Source: Eledone cirrhosa
Taxonomy: Eukaryota
Assembly (NCBI GenBank): GCA_964016885.1
Contig: CAXHJY010000343.1
Location: forward strand, 1 to 64,000
DNA: 64,000 nucleotides
Reading direction: 5' to 3'
The notes beneath the pieces are model-generated. The model was not told the origin of the DNA. It made no database searches and worked only from the letters and a program-made list of their open reading frames with translations. A program made the position numbers and the translations under genes. Of this stretch, positions 52,749 through 64,000 are shown piece by piece. Numbering within the stretch: position 1 is the first letter of the stretch; each line of letters starts with the position of its first letter.

Positions 52749-53024
52749 TTGTATACATAAACAATCAACTAGCAATGACTGAAATAATTGGCGCGGAAAT
52801 ATGATAATTTATCTCTAGACTCTTCCCGAAATTTTTCCCAGCTTTGACTTTCCTGTTTTAACTGAATGTTTTAACACATGATCTATATCTATTATATGCT
52901 TTGTTTCATTGATGTGTGATTGATTGTACCTAGGTAAATAGCTGACATGTGTGTACATGTATATATATATATATGTGTGTGTGTGTAATTGCACCTATGT
53001 AAATACCTGACATGTGTGTACATG

Positions 53025-53056
<32 letters not shown>

Positions 53057-53093
53057 ATTGCACCTATGTAAATACCTGACGTGTGTGTACATG

Positions 53094-53125
<32 letters not shown>

Positions 53126-53283
53126 ATTGCACCTATGTAAATACCTGACGTGTGTGTACATGTATATATATGTATGTATGTGTGTATCTGTTACATTGAC
53201 GTAAGTTGAAAAACCTTTGTATAGTTTAGTCTTTGTCTGTGATGAGTCACCAGTAAAGATAGATATCAATCTATGTATATATT

Positions 53284-55371
53284 ATCATCATCATCATCGT
53301 TTAACGTCCATGTTCCACGCTTGCATCGGTTTGAACGGATGTTTTCCCACCTGAGGCAAGAGTGGTTGTCTTGCTAGCATAGGACTGTCTGGCGGGTTTT
53401 CTACAGCTGGATGCCCTTCCTAACACCAACCACATTTACAGTGTGGGTCTGGGAGGTTTTTACCGTGTTGCCTACACGGCCACATTACAGCCTGGACTGT
53501 GGTGTTTTTTTGTCGTGACACCTACACGATCTCATTTGTTTCGGCCTGGATGTTGTGGCACCAACATAACTTTACATTGAAAGGGGCGGTGTGGATGGGT
53601 GGGGGTGTATTGCTAGAGATGCCTACTGACTGTAGTAGGTTTTACTTTGTATTTAGGTAAGGTTGGTCTTCTCTGTTACTGAGTACTGCCAAAGGTCTCG
53701 GTCTAGTGACATTGTCTTGGTGAGGTGTAAGTGTGTGAGGTCGGAATTTATCAGCTCGTCCCAGGTTTTTCTGGGTCTGCCTACTCCATGGCTACCGTCT
53801 ATCTTTATTGCCCTGCACTTTGTTATACAGCTGTCATCTTTCATGCGCATCACGTGACCGTACCAACGTAGCCTTCTCTCGAGTAAACAACATCTGATCC
53901 CTCTTATTTCTAATTTTTTCCTTAGTTCGTTTATGCTTTGCCGTTCATGTATATTACTATTACACATCCAGCGGAGCATGTAAGCTTCGTTCCTCTCTAG
54001 TCTGCGTATATACTCTGCACACAATGCCCAGGTCTCACTGCCATGTAACATTGCTGTTCGTATGCAGGAATCATACAGCCTGCCTTTCATTTTTAGGGAG
54101 AACCCTTTAGCGGCTAATAGTGGTATAAGCTCACTGAACTTTTTCCATCCAGTTCTGACTCTAGCTACTGTACTTTCAGAGCACCCTCCCCCACTGTTGA
54201 TTTTGTCGCCCAGGTAACGGAAACTGTCCACTATTTCTATAGAGCCATCTGTGCAATGGCATGAGCTAGTATTCTGTGGGCACTTGCTGCTACTTATTGC
54301 ACCAGAGCACCGGCCACATATAAAATCTATGTTCTCAGTTAGCTTACCTATGATCCCACTACATCTTTTATGCACCCATACTTTTCATTTGGGACATAAA
54401 ATGGAGTTTCTACCTACTCCTTTCCTACACACTGAGCATGGCCATTTCCCAGAAGGGACCGCCGCCCTATTTTCCTTCCTACAAACTATAACTTTAGTCT
54501 TAGGCAGGTTAATTTTAAGGCCTTTTGATTCTAGGCCTAGCTTCCATGTTTGGAATTTCTTCTCTAGTTCGGCCATTGATTCAGCTATGAGTGTTAGATC
54601 ATCTGCGTATAGGAGTTCCCATGGGCAGCCGGTCTTCAACTCCACTGTTATAGCCTGAAGGGCAATGATAAATAGTAGGGGCTAAGAACGGAGCCCTGAT
54701 GAACACCAACTTTTATGCTAAACTCTTCACTATATTCGTTGTTAATTCTAACCTTGCTGACTGTTTCTTTATACATGGCTTGTATAGCCCTCACAAGCCA
54801 TTCATCAACACCTAGTTTTCTAAGAGCCCACCAGATAATGGAACGGGGGACTCTGTCGAAGGCTTTCTCCAAGTCGACAAAAGCTCAGTATAGGGGTTTA
54901 CTTTTAGCTAGGTACTTCTCCTGTAGTTGTCGTACAATGAAAAGAACGTCTGTGGTACTTTTGCCTGACACAAACCCGAACTGCATTTCATCTAGATCAA
55001 TTCTCTCTCTGATTAGTTGCACTATTACTTTTTCTGTGACCTTCATGAGCTGGTCGATTAATTTAATGCCTCTATAGTTACTCCTATCTAGGGCATCTCC
55101 TTTACCCTTGTAGCAGTTAATGATGATGCTGCTACGCCAGTCCTTCGGAACAACCCCATTCTGTATGACTTGGTTTACTATCCGGGTGACCATGGCATGT
55201 CCCTTGTTCCAGATGCCTTCAGCATTTCAGCAACTATTTCCGAAGGCCCAGCCGCCTTACCCGTCTTCATGTCTTTGATTGCCTTACTTATTATACTACC
55301 TTCGACTAACACTGCTGGTCCCTCTATTGGGTCGATGTGGGGGAGACTGTCTTTCTCCCATTTATTCTCCT
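53284..55371 (-). mobile_element. 5'-truncated RTE LINE
   Basis: NYRGIKL, EKAFDRVP, LLYADD, RRLRWYGHV in frameshifted pieces. Confidence 0.93.
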
Positions 55372-55385
55372 ATAGATATATAATT

Positions 55386-55551
55386 GTTTCTACTTTTGGC
55401 ACAAGGCCAGCAATTATCCCAGTGTATTACTGGTACTTTATTCTATCGACCCCGTAAGGATGAAAGGCAAAGTTAACCTTGACAGGATTTGAACTCAGAC
55501 CATAAAGGGAGGTAACTATGCTGGAAAGCATGGCGTTCAACCCTCTACCGA
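55386..55551 (-). mobile_element. Second SINE family, degenerate (copy at 61144-61310)
   Basis: B-box-like GAGTTCAAATCC and central CTTTGCCTTTCATCCTTACGGGGTCGATA (MetaSINE-like box, from memory). Confidence 0.6.
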
Positions 55552-55558
55552 TAATATA

Positions 55559-55888
55559 TCATCATCATCATTTCATTTTACGTCTACTTTTACCTGCTTG
55601 CAAGGGTGAGACGGGAACTGATTCTGGCTTGATCTCTACAGCTGGATGCCCTTCCATAACACCAACCTCATTTACAGTGAGTGCTGGGTGCTTTTTCTCC
55701 GTGACACCTCCACGACCACTTTGCAGTGGAATGAGAGGGAATCCAGTCCCTATCATCTCATTTCTACAGCTGAGTAAACTGGAGCAATGTGAAATAAAGT
55801 GTCTTGCTCAAGGAAACAACACATCACCCGGTCTGAGAATTGAACTCACATCCTTTCGATTGCCAGTCCATTGCTCTAAGCCATGTGA
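55559..55888 (-). mobile_element. CORE-type SINE with RTE tail (copy at 61317-61657)
   Basis: Reverse complement of the 7930 SINE. Confidence 0.85.
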
Positions 55889-55918
55889 TTCCGTGTATAT
55901 ATATATATATATATATAT

Positions 55919-55986
<68 letters not shown>

Positions 55987-56018
55987 TATATAATATATAA
56001 TAATTTCTATACTTATTC

Positions 56019-56076
<58 letters not shown>

Positions 56077-56077
56077 T

Positions 56078-56753
56078 AATCAATGTTTAGTAAATAATGA
56101 AAAAGTTTCAAAATAAATTTTAAAAAATTGACTTTACTTACTATACTTACCTTTACCGATGGGTTTCGAATCTCAAAAATAAACGGAGACCATACGGCCT
56201 TTGTTGCAAAGAAAGATTCTCGTCAGAAGGTTCTTTTCATTCGAAGAATATAAAATTCTTGAATTTAAATTACGAACTAGCGCTATCCAAAACTGTTCCC
56301 GAGATGATAGTGAATGAAGTGGAATCAAATTTTTCAAGGGCCGAAGTAAAGATAGAGTCAAAGGGAGGTAGGTCAAATCAGGCGCCACTAGCACTAGCAG
56401 CAGTCGGAACGACCAAATTTTTTTCTCAACATAGAGGAGTATAGTAATAATAGGATATGTGTTCCTACACGCACAAGGCGCTAAGGGACGCATGTATTGT
56501 CCAACCAAATGCCAATGTGGTTCAATGGCAGGTTAATAAATTAACGAGCCAGAACATATATAATCAAGGTTTAGCAAATAATGAAAAAGTTTCAAAATAA
56601 ATTTAAAAAAAATTGACTCTACCTACTATAGTTACATTTACCGATTGGTTTCGAATCTCAAAAATAAACGGAGACCATACGGCCTTCGTTGCAAAGAAAG
56701 ATTCTCGTCAGAAGGTTCTTTTCATTCGAAGAATATAAAATTCTTGAATTTAA
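56078..56753 (-). mobile_element. Retrozyme-like insert: 485-nt unit bounded by two HHRs (56149-56231, 56634-56716)
   Basis: ACCTT-CTGACGA-GAATCT..AGATTC-GAAA-CCCATCGG-TA^AAGGT in ~190-bp direct repeats. Confidence 0.85.
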
Positions 56754-56801
56754 TATATATGTATATATATATATATGTGTATATGCATACACAGACACAC
56801 A

Positions 56802-56862
<61 letters not shown>

Positions 56863-56869
56863 ATGTATG

Positions 56870-56900
<31 letters not shown>

Positions 56901-57344
56901 ATGTATATATATATATATATATGTGTGTGTATATATATATATGTGTGTGTATGTATATATATATATATACATAGATTGATATCTATCTTTACTGGTGACT
57001 CATCACAGACAAAGACTAAACTATACAAAGGTTTTTCAACTTACGTCAATGTAACAGATACACACATACATACATATATATATATATATACATGTACACA
57101 CACGTCAGGTACTTACATAGGTGCAATCACACACATACACATATATATATATACATGTACACACACGGCAGGTATTTACATAGGTGCAATCACACACACA
57201 TATATATATATATATACATGTACACACATGTCAGGTATTTACATAGGTACAATCACACACACACACATATATATATATACATGTACACACATGTCAGGTA
57301 TTTACACAGGTACAATCACACACACATCAATGAAACAAAGGATA

Positions 57345-58239
57345 TCATAATCTATAAAGCTCAGTGTGGTCATGCTCCTTCGTTATAGAAATCTATGATA
57401 TAGAGTTTCTTCAATTGAAATCTACAATTCAGGATACAAAACATTTTCGATTGCGTCTTGACGCAGATAATTATTTCTATTTCACCCACAATTACGCAAA
57501 AAATAGATAAAACTCAATATTTTACGATTTTTCTCCCTCATTTAAACTGCTGAAACCTTTCTACTACCATTCAAAATCTATACAACTTCATATTTTCTGC
57601 TACTTTCTCTTTCCAAGCTTGATGGTGATACTGTCCGCTCACACCACTCCCTACTGTCTTAAATTTAGAAAACACATATCCTCTATGAGGTTACTAAACC
57701 TGCTAGAAACAGCAGCTAACTCTCCCCCATATCACACCCCTCCCTACTGTCTTAAATTTAGAAAACATATCTTCTATGAGGTCACTAAACCTGCTAGAAA
57801 CAGCAGCTAACTCTCCTCCATATCACACCACTCCCTACTGTCTTAAATTTAGAAAACACATATCCTCTATGAGGTCATTAAAACTGCTAGAAACAACAGC
57901 TAACTCTCCCTCATATCACAACACTCCCTACTGTCTTAAATTTAGAAAACGCACAGACAACCATGCAGAACAACTCCATCGCAGCTCTGGTGTTCGGCTG
58001 GCATCGTCTACGCGCGTGTTGCGCAAGTACTGTGAAACAATAAATTTCAACACTTTTTTGAACAGAGATAATATCCATAGGCGAAACTACAATTGTCACT
58101 GCTGGCGCAGCTCCTGCTTCCAGGTCTGCAATTCATTCCCCCAGTGCCTGGCAGACAAAAAAGTGCTGCCATAAAATGGGTGGTGCAACCTAACTTTGGT
58201 AACTTAATGACCCCGAGCAATGCCGGGCTTTAATGCTAG
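57345..58239 (+). mobile_element. Non-autonomous Helitron
   Basis: 5' TC, 3' CCCG..CGGG hairpin then CTAG, inserted at A|T without TSD; empty site near 52895 on the - strand; partial copy 63652-63848. Confidence 0.85.
57641..57950 (+). repeat. ~92-bp tandem repeat (~3.3 copies) inside the Helitron
   Basis: ctccctactgtcttaaatttagaaaac recurs 4 times. Confidence 0.9.
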
Positions 58240-58398
58240 TAATAGATAAAGATCATGTTTTAAATCTATCATGTTAAAACATTCAGTTAAATCTGGAAAG
58301 TCAAAGCTGGGAAAAATTACGGGAGGAATCTAGAGATAAACTATCATATTTCCGCCCCAATTATTTCAGTCATTGCTAGTTGATTGTTTATGTATACA

Positions 58399-59047
58399 AA
58401 GGGCTGGTGCTACCCTATAGGCAAAGTAGGCAGCTGCCTAGGGCACTGATTTCAAGTGGCACTGCCTAGGGCACTGATTTCAAGTGGCACTGCCTAGGGT
58501 ACTGATTTCAAGTGGAGCTGGCTAGGGCACAGATTTCAAGTGGAGCTGGCTAGGGCACAGATTTCAAGTGGCACTGCCTAGGGCACTGATTTCAAGTGGC
58601 ACTGCCTAGGGTACTGATTTCAAGTGGAGCTGGCTAGGGCACAGATTTCAAGTGGAGCTGCCTAGGGCACTGATTTCAAGTGGAGCTGCCTAGGGCACTT
58701 ATTTCAAGTGGAGCTGGCTAGGGCACAGATTTCAAGTGGAGCTGCCTAGGGCACTGATTTCAAGTGGAGCTGCCTAGGGCACTGATTTCAAGTGGAGCTG
58801 CCTAGGGCACTGATTTCAAGTGGAGCTGCCTAGGGCACTGATTTCAAGTGGGGCATTTCTCCAATTCAACAACTTAAAAAAATAAATAAATAGATATATT
58901 TCAGTTTTATTTCATACGGGGACAAATACATGGTGAAAATATAAAACAAATATTTTTTTATTTATAAATTTTGAAATTGATATTTTCCTTTGAGGGTACC
59001 AGATTGTCAGCTTGCCTAGGGTGCCAGGTAGTCTGTCACCGACCCTG
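58399..59047. mobile_element. hAT-type MITE, inverted duplicate with more 28-bp units
   Basis: Reverse complement of 52243-52748; flanks tgtataca / tgtatgca. Confidence 0.78.
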
Positions 59048-59059
59048 TGTATGCATATA

Positions 59060-61128
59060 TCATCTTCATCATTCAACGTCCATTTTCCACGCTAGCATGG
59101 GTTAGATGAGCTGTCATGTGAGCCATGTCAGGGGACCATGTTTTGCTCACACAGAACTGATTTGGGCTTCATTTCTATGTCTGGTTGTCCTAACGCCAAC
59201 AACAATGTGTACTGGGTGCTTTTAGTCATGTTACCAACACGACCACTTTCCAGTGTCGATTGGGCACTCATTGTCGTGGTGCCAAGCTGACCACTTATAT
59301 AGTGTTGTTTGGGGACTTGGGTGGGTGAGATGCATGGGGAATTGAGGAGGTAGATATAAGGGTGGGGGTGACTACAACGTGGAAGGTCTATGGGATGGAA
59401 GGTGGTGCATACTAGATGTATGCCTCAGCCCCTTCATAGGGGAAGGTGGGTCTTCTGTATGACAGCATAGTGCCAGAGATCATGGTCCTGTGTCATATCC
59501 TTTGAGAGGTGTAATTGTGCAAGGTCAGCTTTTGTCACCTCATCCCAAGTCTTCTAACATCTCCATAGCTCCCTTCAACTTTGAGTGCTCTGCACTTTTT
59601 TATACAGCTGTCGTCTTTCATGCGCATCATGTGACCATACCAACGTAGCCTTCTCTTGAGTAAACAACATCTGATCCCTCTTATTTCTAATTTTTCCCTT
59701 AGTTCGTTTATGCTTTGCCGTTCACGTATATTACTATTTCACATCCAGCGGAGCATGCAAGCTTCGTTCCTATCCAGTCTGCGTATATCCTCTGCACACA
59801 ATGCCCAGGTCTCACTGCCATGCAACATTGCTGTTTGTATGCAGGCATCGTACAGCCTGCCTTTTATTTTTAATTATTAGGGAGAACCCTTTAGCGGCTA
59901 ATAGTATAAGCTCTCTGAACTTTTTCCATCCAGTTCTGACTCTAGCTACTGTACTTTCAGAGCACCCTCCCCACTGCTGATTTTGTCACCCAGGTAATGG
60001 AAACTGTCCACTATTTCTATAGAGCCATCTGTGTAATGGAATGTATCTAGTATTCTGAGGGCACTTGCTGCTACTTATTGCACCAGAGCACCGGCCACAT
60101 ATAAAATCTATGTTCTTAGTTAGCTTACTTGTGATCCCACTCCATTTTTCATGCATCCATACTTTTAATTTGGGATATAAAATGGAGTTTCTACCTACTC
60201 CTTTCCTACACACTGAGCATGGCCATTTCCCAGATGGGAGCGGCGCCCTATTTTCCTTCCTACAAACTAGAACTTTAGTCTTAGACAGGTTAATTTTAAG
60301 GCCTTTTGATTCTAGGCCATGCTTCCATGTTTGGAATTTCTTCTCTAGTTCGGCCATTGATTCAGCTATGAGTGTTAGATCATCTGCATATAGGAGTTCC
60401 CATGGGCAGCCGGTCTTCAACTCCACTGTTATAGCCTGAAGGGCAATAATAAATAGTAGGGGGCTAAGAACGGAGCCCTGATGAACACCAACTTTTATGC
60501 TAAACTCTTCACTATATTCGTTGTTAATTCTAACCTTGCTGACTGTTTCTTTATACATGGCTTGTTTAGCTCTCACATAAGAGCCCACCAGATAATGGAA
60601 CGGGGGACTCTGTCGAAGGCTTTCTCCAAGTCGACAAAAGCTCAGTATAGGGGGTTACTTTTAGCTAGGTACTTCTCCTGTAGTTGTCGTACAATGAAAA
60701 GAACGTCTGTGGTACTTTTGCCTGACACAAATCCGAACTGCATTTCATCTAGATCAATGCTCTCTCTGATTAGTTGCGCTATTACTTTTTCTGTGACCTT
60801 CATGACCTGGTCGATTAATTTAATGCCTCTTTAGTTACCCCTATCTAGGGCATCTCCTTTACCCTTGTAGCAGTTAATGATGATGCTGCTACGCCAGTCC
60901 TTCGGAACAACCTCATTCTGTATGACTTGGTTTACTATCCGGGTGACCATGGCATGTCCCACCGTACCAGCATCTTTCAACATTTCAGCAACTATTTCCG
61001 AAGGCCCAGCCGCCTTACCCGTCTTCATATCTTTGATTGCCTTACTTATTATACTACCTTCGACTAACACTGCTGGTCCCTCTATTGGGTCGATGTGGGG
61101 GAGACTGTCTTTCTCCCATTTATTCTCC
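59060..61128 (-). mobile_element. Chimeric RTE LINE
   Basis: 59060-59610 matches the 51600 copy inverted; 59590-61128 matches 53815-55371. Confidence 0.88.
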
Positions 61129-61791
61129 TATAGATATATAATTGTTTCTACTTTTGGCACAAGGCCAGCAATTATCCCAGTGTATTACTGGTACTTTATT
61201 CTATCGACCCCGTAAGGATGAAAGGCAAAGTTAACCGTGACAGGATTTGAACTCAGACCATAAAGGGAGGTAACTATGCTGGAAAGCATGGCGTCCAACC
61301 CTCTACCGATAATATATCATCATCATCATTTCATTTTACGTCCACTTTTACCTGCTTGCAAGGGTGAGACGGGAACTGATTCTGGCTTGATCTCTACAGC
61401 TGGATGCCCTTCCATAACACCAACCTCATTTACAGTGAGTGCTGGGTGCTTTTTCTCCGTGACACCTCCACGACCACTTTGCAGTGGAATGAGAGGGACT
61501 CCAGTCCCTATCATCTCATTTCTACAGCTGAGTAAACTGGAGCAATGTGAAATAAAGTGTCTTGCTCAAGGAAACAACACATCACCCGGTCTGAGAATTG
61601 AACTCACAACATTTCGATTGCCAGTCGATTGCTCTAACCACTAAGCCATGTGCCTCCATGTATATATATATAATATATATATATATAATATATAATAATT
61701 TCTATACTTTTTCATTTATATAATATATATATATATAATATATACGTATATATATATATATATGTGTATATGCATACACAGACACACATGC

Positions 61792-61825
<34 letters not shown>

Positions 61826-61876
61826 ATGTATATATATATATGTGTGTATGTATATATATATATGTGTGTGTGTATG

Positions 61877-61905
<29 letters not shown>

Positions 61906-61910
<5 letters not shown>

Positions 61911-62429
61911 AAATTGAGGTTGGTAATGGCACATGGAATATATAAGAGACAGAATACTTTTTTGTGAAAAAACATAATTTTATAAGGTAAGGAAATAATA
62001 AAGGGTATAAAAAATGACCGGTTTCGATGGGTCTGCAAAAGCACACACATATATCTATATATATATATGCGCACACAGAATTCACCACTGTCGGTTGCGG
62101 GGCCCAATCTACATGAAGAACTCAATGTGATCAGAATGACTTGTATTTTAATTTCACTGCCCCAACTTCTTATATTATGGAAAAAATATATGTGTCTGTA
62201 TGTATATATATATATATATATTTGAAGGCCATTTCTCTGTGTGTGGGTGTATGTATGTGTATATGTGTGTGTGTGTGTATGTGTGTGCATGTGGATGTAT
62301 GTATTGTGTGTGCGTGTGTGTGTGTATGTGTGTATATATATGTGTGGGTGTGTTTATGTTTGTATGTGTGTATGTATATATATATGTGTGTGTGTGTGTA
62401 TATATATAGGTGTGTGTATGTATGTGTGG

Positions 62430-62481
<52 letters not shown>

Positions 62482-62538
62482 ATATATATATATGTGTGTA
62501 TGTGTGTGTGTATCTGGATGTATGTGTATGTATATATA

Positions 62539-62589
<51 letters not shown>

Positions 62590-63215
62590 ATGTGTATATA
62601 TGTGTGTGTGTGTATGTGTGTATGTATATGTATGTGTGTGTGTATGTATGTGTGTATATGTATATATATGTATATGTATATGTATGTATGTGTGGATGAA
62701 GGTATGTGTGTATATATAGGTGTAAGTGCACTAAATCCCTTTCTATCACGCTCCACTCTCCTACCCATCACAGGAAGATATGTGTATGTATATTGCTTCC
62801 ACCCCCTCACTGACCAGCAGCTGGCCAGTTGGTGATTGCTAAATCTGACCTTTATAAAATAACCCACACCCCAAATAACTTCTCATTCACTACCAGAAAG
62901 GGACACAGCAGTCAACCTGTTGTTGCTACCTAGATGAAAACTGCTATGAAATCCCACAATGAATTTTATACTTGAATTTTCAAGTCTCAAATTTTAACTC
63001 TTCGTATTATTAATTTTTCTTAATATTAATCAACATTTGAAAAGATGGCTTTTGCAGACCCATCGAAACCGGTCATTTTTTATACCCTTTATTATTCCCT
63101 TACCTTATAAAATTATGTTTTTTCACAAAAAAGTATTCTGTCTCTTATATATTCCATGTGCCATTACCAACCTCAATTTTCTCTATAACCTTCGTTTTGT
63201 GTAGAAAATTACACT

Positions 63216-63220
<5 letters not shown>
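61906..63220 (+). mobile_element. pLTR-like insert with ~135-bp inverted ends and candidate U3-A8 HHR (63032-63079)
   Basis: 61906-62042 inverted at 63048-63184; AACAT-TTGAAAA-GATGG..CCATC-GAAA-CCGG-TC^ATTTT. Confidence 0.7.
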
Positions 63221-63266
<46 letters not shown>

Positions 63267-63554
63267 GATTGATATCTATCTTTACTGGTGACTCATCACA
63301 GACAAAGACTAAACTATACAAAGGTTTTTCAACTTACGTCAATGTAACAGATACACACATACATACATATATATATATATACATGTACACACACGTCAGG
63401 TACTTACATAGGTGCAATCACACACATACACATATATATATATATATATACATGTACACACATGTCAGGTATTTACACAGGTACAATCACACACACACAT
63501 ATATATATATATATATACATGTACACACATGTCAGGTATTTACACAGGTACAAT

Positions 63555-63586
<32 letters not shown>

Positions 63587-63849
63587 CATGTACACACATG
63601 TCAGGTATTTACACAGGTACAATCACACAAACATCAATGAAACAAAGGATATCATAATCTATAAAGCTCAGTGTGGGGTCATGCTCCTTCGTTATAGAAA
63701 TCTATGATATAGAGTTTCTTCAATTGAAATCTACAATTCAGGATACAAAACATTTTCCTCTATGAGGTTACTAAACCTGCTAGAAACAGCAGCTAACTCT
63801 CCCCCATATCACACCCCTCCCGACTGTCTTAAATTTAGAAAACATATCT

Positions 63850-64000
63850 GCGGTGGTGGTGGTGGTGGCGGTGGCGGTGGTGGTGGCGGTGGTGGTGGCG
63901 GTGGTGGTGGTGGTAGTGGTGGTGGTGGTGGTATTAGTGGCGGTGGTAGTGGTGGTAGTGGTGGTGGTGGTAGTGGTGGTGGTGGTAGTTGTGGTGATGG
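63850..64000. repeat. (GGT)n repeat
   Basis: Direct inspection. Confidence 0.95.

Overview
Repeat-saturated, AT-rich eukaryotic DNA. The (TA)n/(CA)n microsatellites, RTE LINEs and CORE-type tRNA SINEs suggest a cephalopod such as Octopus (inference). I find no host protein-coding gene; most long ORFs in the track are microsatellite artefacts. Recognisable elements are about ten RTE LINE copies or fragments whose RT carries a PHD-like C4HC3 insert, four Penelope-like element (PLE) pieces (one nearly full length), SINEs, a hAT-type MITE, a non-autonomous Helitron and three local duplications. The main signal is about 22 type-I hammerhead ribozyme (HHR) motifs from about 11 unrelated sequence families, almost all inserted in (TA)n tracts. 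These include a near-perfect 6 x 310-bp HHR tandem array with an inverted 5' copy (a non-LTR retrozyme / circular-RNA-like element), a 485-nt HHR-bounded unit, a 205-bp perfect hairpin with an HHR on each strand, and candidate U3-A8 core variants. All structures were folded by eye and none is tested.
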